Below are positions 35,582-36,540 of a stretch of 36,540 nt of DNA, in pieces. The position numbers and the translations under genes were made by a program. The notes below the pieces were generated by a model. The model saw only the letters and a list, made by a program, of their open reading frames with translations, had not been told where the DNA came from and ran no database searches. Source of the DNA: Cytophagaceae bacterium (lineage in GTDB: Bacteria; Bacteroidota; Bacteroidia; Cytophagales; Spirosomataceae). The stretch covers positions 1 through 36,540 of the forward strand of contig CANIYB010000001.1 in NCBI GenBank assembly GCA_947471105.1, given 5' to 3'. How positions within the stretch are numbered: the first letter of the stretch is position 1; every line of letters starts with the position of its first letter.

Positions 35582-36490
35582 TTGAAAAATACAGCTAGTA
35601 TATCTATTGATACTCCCGAATTTTGGGGTAAATCGTATGAATTAATTGATTCAGGAGGATTTGAAAAGTTAGAGCAATTTGGAAGTTTTTGTGTTAGAAG
35701 ACCTGAGCCTCAGGCAGTTTGGGGTAAATCATTATCCGATGAAACATGGATCTCAAAAACAGATGCTTATTTTAAAAAAGAGAAAGGAAGTTCTGAAAAA
35801 GGGTTTTGGGATATACAGAAGAAGACACCGGAAAAATGGTTTATCAATTATAAATCGGATTTATTGAATTTGAATTTCAAAATCTCCTTGTCGTCATTTA
35901 AGCATGTAGGCATATTTCCAGAACAGGCGTCCAACTGGGAATTTCTGGCTGAAAACATTCCAAAACTTAAAAACGACAAACCTAAATTTTTAAATCTTTT
36001 TGCCTATACGGGGGGGGCGAGTTTGGTATGCCGACAAATGGGAGCTGATGTAACGCATGTAGATTCAGTTAAGCCAGTATTGTCTTGGGCGAGAGAAAAT
36101 ATGGAAGTCTCTAATTTAGATTCCATTCGTTGGATGGCGGAAGATGCGCTAAAATTCGTAAAAAGAGAAGCAAGAAGAGGAAACTTTTATCAAGGAATAC
36201 TTTTAGATCCACCGGCCTACGGAAGAGGTCCTGATGGAGAAAAATGGGTTTTAGAGGAACAAATAGATGATATGTTGAAGTCCGTAAAAGAAATTCTAGA
36301 CCCTAAAGAACATATTTTATTAACCAATGTCTATTCATTGGGATTCTCAACGCTTGTAGTGGAAAACCTAATGAATGGAATTTTTGATGTGCCTAAAAAC
36401 GCTGAATTTGGTGAAATCTATTTGAATGATTCATTTAACAAAAAGCTCCCATTAGGAGTGTTTCATCGTTATTTATTTCAAGAAGCTTAG
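35582..36490 (+). CDS. Class I SAM-dependent methyltransferase (RlmI/RlmK-related, short form)
   Basis: TTG start; YELIDSG..EKLEQFG, RPEPQA, HVGIFPEQ, LNLFAYTGGAS, LDPPAYGRG. Confidence 0.85.
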   Translation: MKNTASISIDTPEFWGKSYELIDSGGFEKLEQFGSFCVRRPEPQAVWGKSLSDETWISKTDAYFKKEKGSSEKGFWDIQKKTPEKWFINYKSDLLNLNFKISLSSFKHVGIFPEQASNWEFLAENIPKLKNDKPKFLNLFAYTGGASLVCRQMGADVTHVDSVKPVLSWARENMEVSNLDSIRWMAEDALKFVKREARRGNFYQGILLDPPAYGRGPDGEKWVLEEQIDDMLKSVKEILDPKEHILLTNVYSLGFSTLVVENLMNGIFDVPKNAEFGEIYLNDSFNKKLPLGVFHRYLFQEA

Positions 36491-36540
36491 GAATAAATAA
36501 CTCCTTTTGCAGCCAATAAGGTGTTTTTCATTAAGGATAC
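36487..36540 (-). CDS. folD: 3' end of a convergent gene, probably bifunctional methylenetetrahydrofolate dehydrogenase/cyclohydrolase
   Basis: The - strand reads VSLMKNTLLAAKGVIYS*, resembling the C-terminus of Bacteroidota FolD. Only 17 codons are visible. Confidence 0.55.
   Translation of the reverse strand, partial: VSLMKNTLLAAKGVIYS

Noticed and set aside
403-35867. About 25 short (60-123 aa) alternative-frame or antisense ORFs in the supplied track, e.g. 9087-9458, 10726-11037, 22409-22708
   Set aside because: They lie within or across well-supported genes, show no recognisable motifs, and look like antisense or off-frame shadows.
1-36540. CRISPR arrays, tRNA/rRNA genes, IS elements, prophage or a composition island
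   Set aside because: Intergenic gaps are all under about 150 bp, and I saw no direct-repeat arrays, cloverleafs, transposase, integrase or phage genes, or obvious compositional shift by eye.

Overview
AT-rich, densely packed chromosomal segment from a Bacteroidota bacterium. Protein styles and repeated TAnnTTTG promoter elements suggest Cytophagales, possibly a streamlined freshwater lineage (inference). Left to right: (1) a + strand cluster encoding an apparently complete non-phosphorylative L-fucose-type pathway with a UxaA-family dehydratase, followed by a DSD1/D-threonine-aldolase-family PLP enzyme and an M19 dipeptidase-like hydrolase; (2) a converging - strand operon (GH13, DUF1460 amidase, PatB, PliI-like protein, IlvD/Edd pentonate dehydratase, SDR); (3) a eukaryote-like sphingolipid delta-4 desaturase (DES1/DEGS type) divergent from a solitary dnaK, whose promoter region has a TGACA-N3-TGTCA palindrome and a sigma54-like element; (4) a cysteine desulfurase-XdhC-DUF3050 operon with a perfect palindrome over its promoter; (5) thrS-infC-rpmI-rplT with a structured rpmI-rplT spacer; (6) a gluzincin/propeller/Omp85-like barrel protein coupled to a TPR lipoprotein, an ALDH, a hypothetical protein and menE; (7) DUF2452-menB-EVE-hypothetical-methyltransferase, then the probable 3' tip of folD. 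No rRNA, tRNA, CRISPR or mobile element was seen. All family calls come from motif recognition by eye, with no database search.
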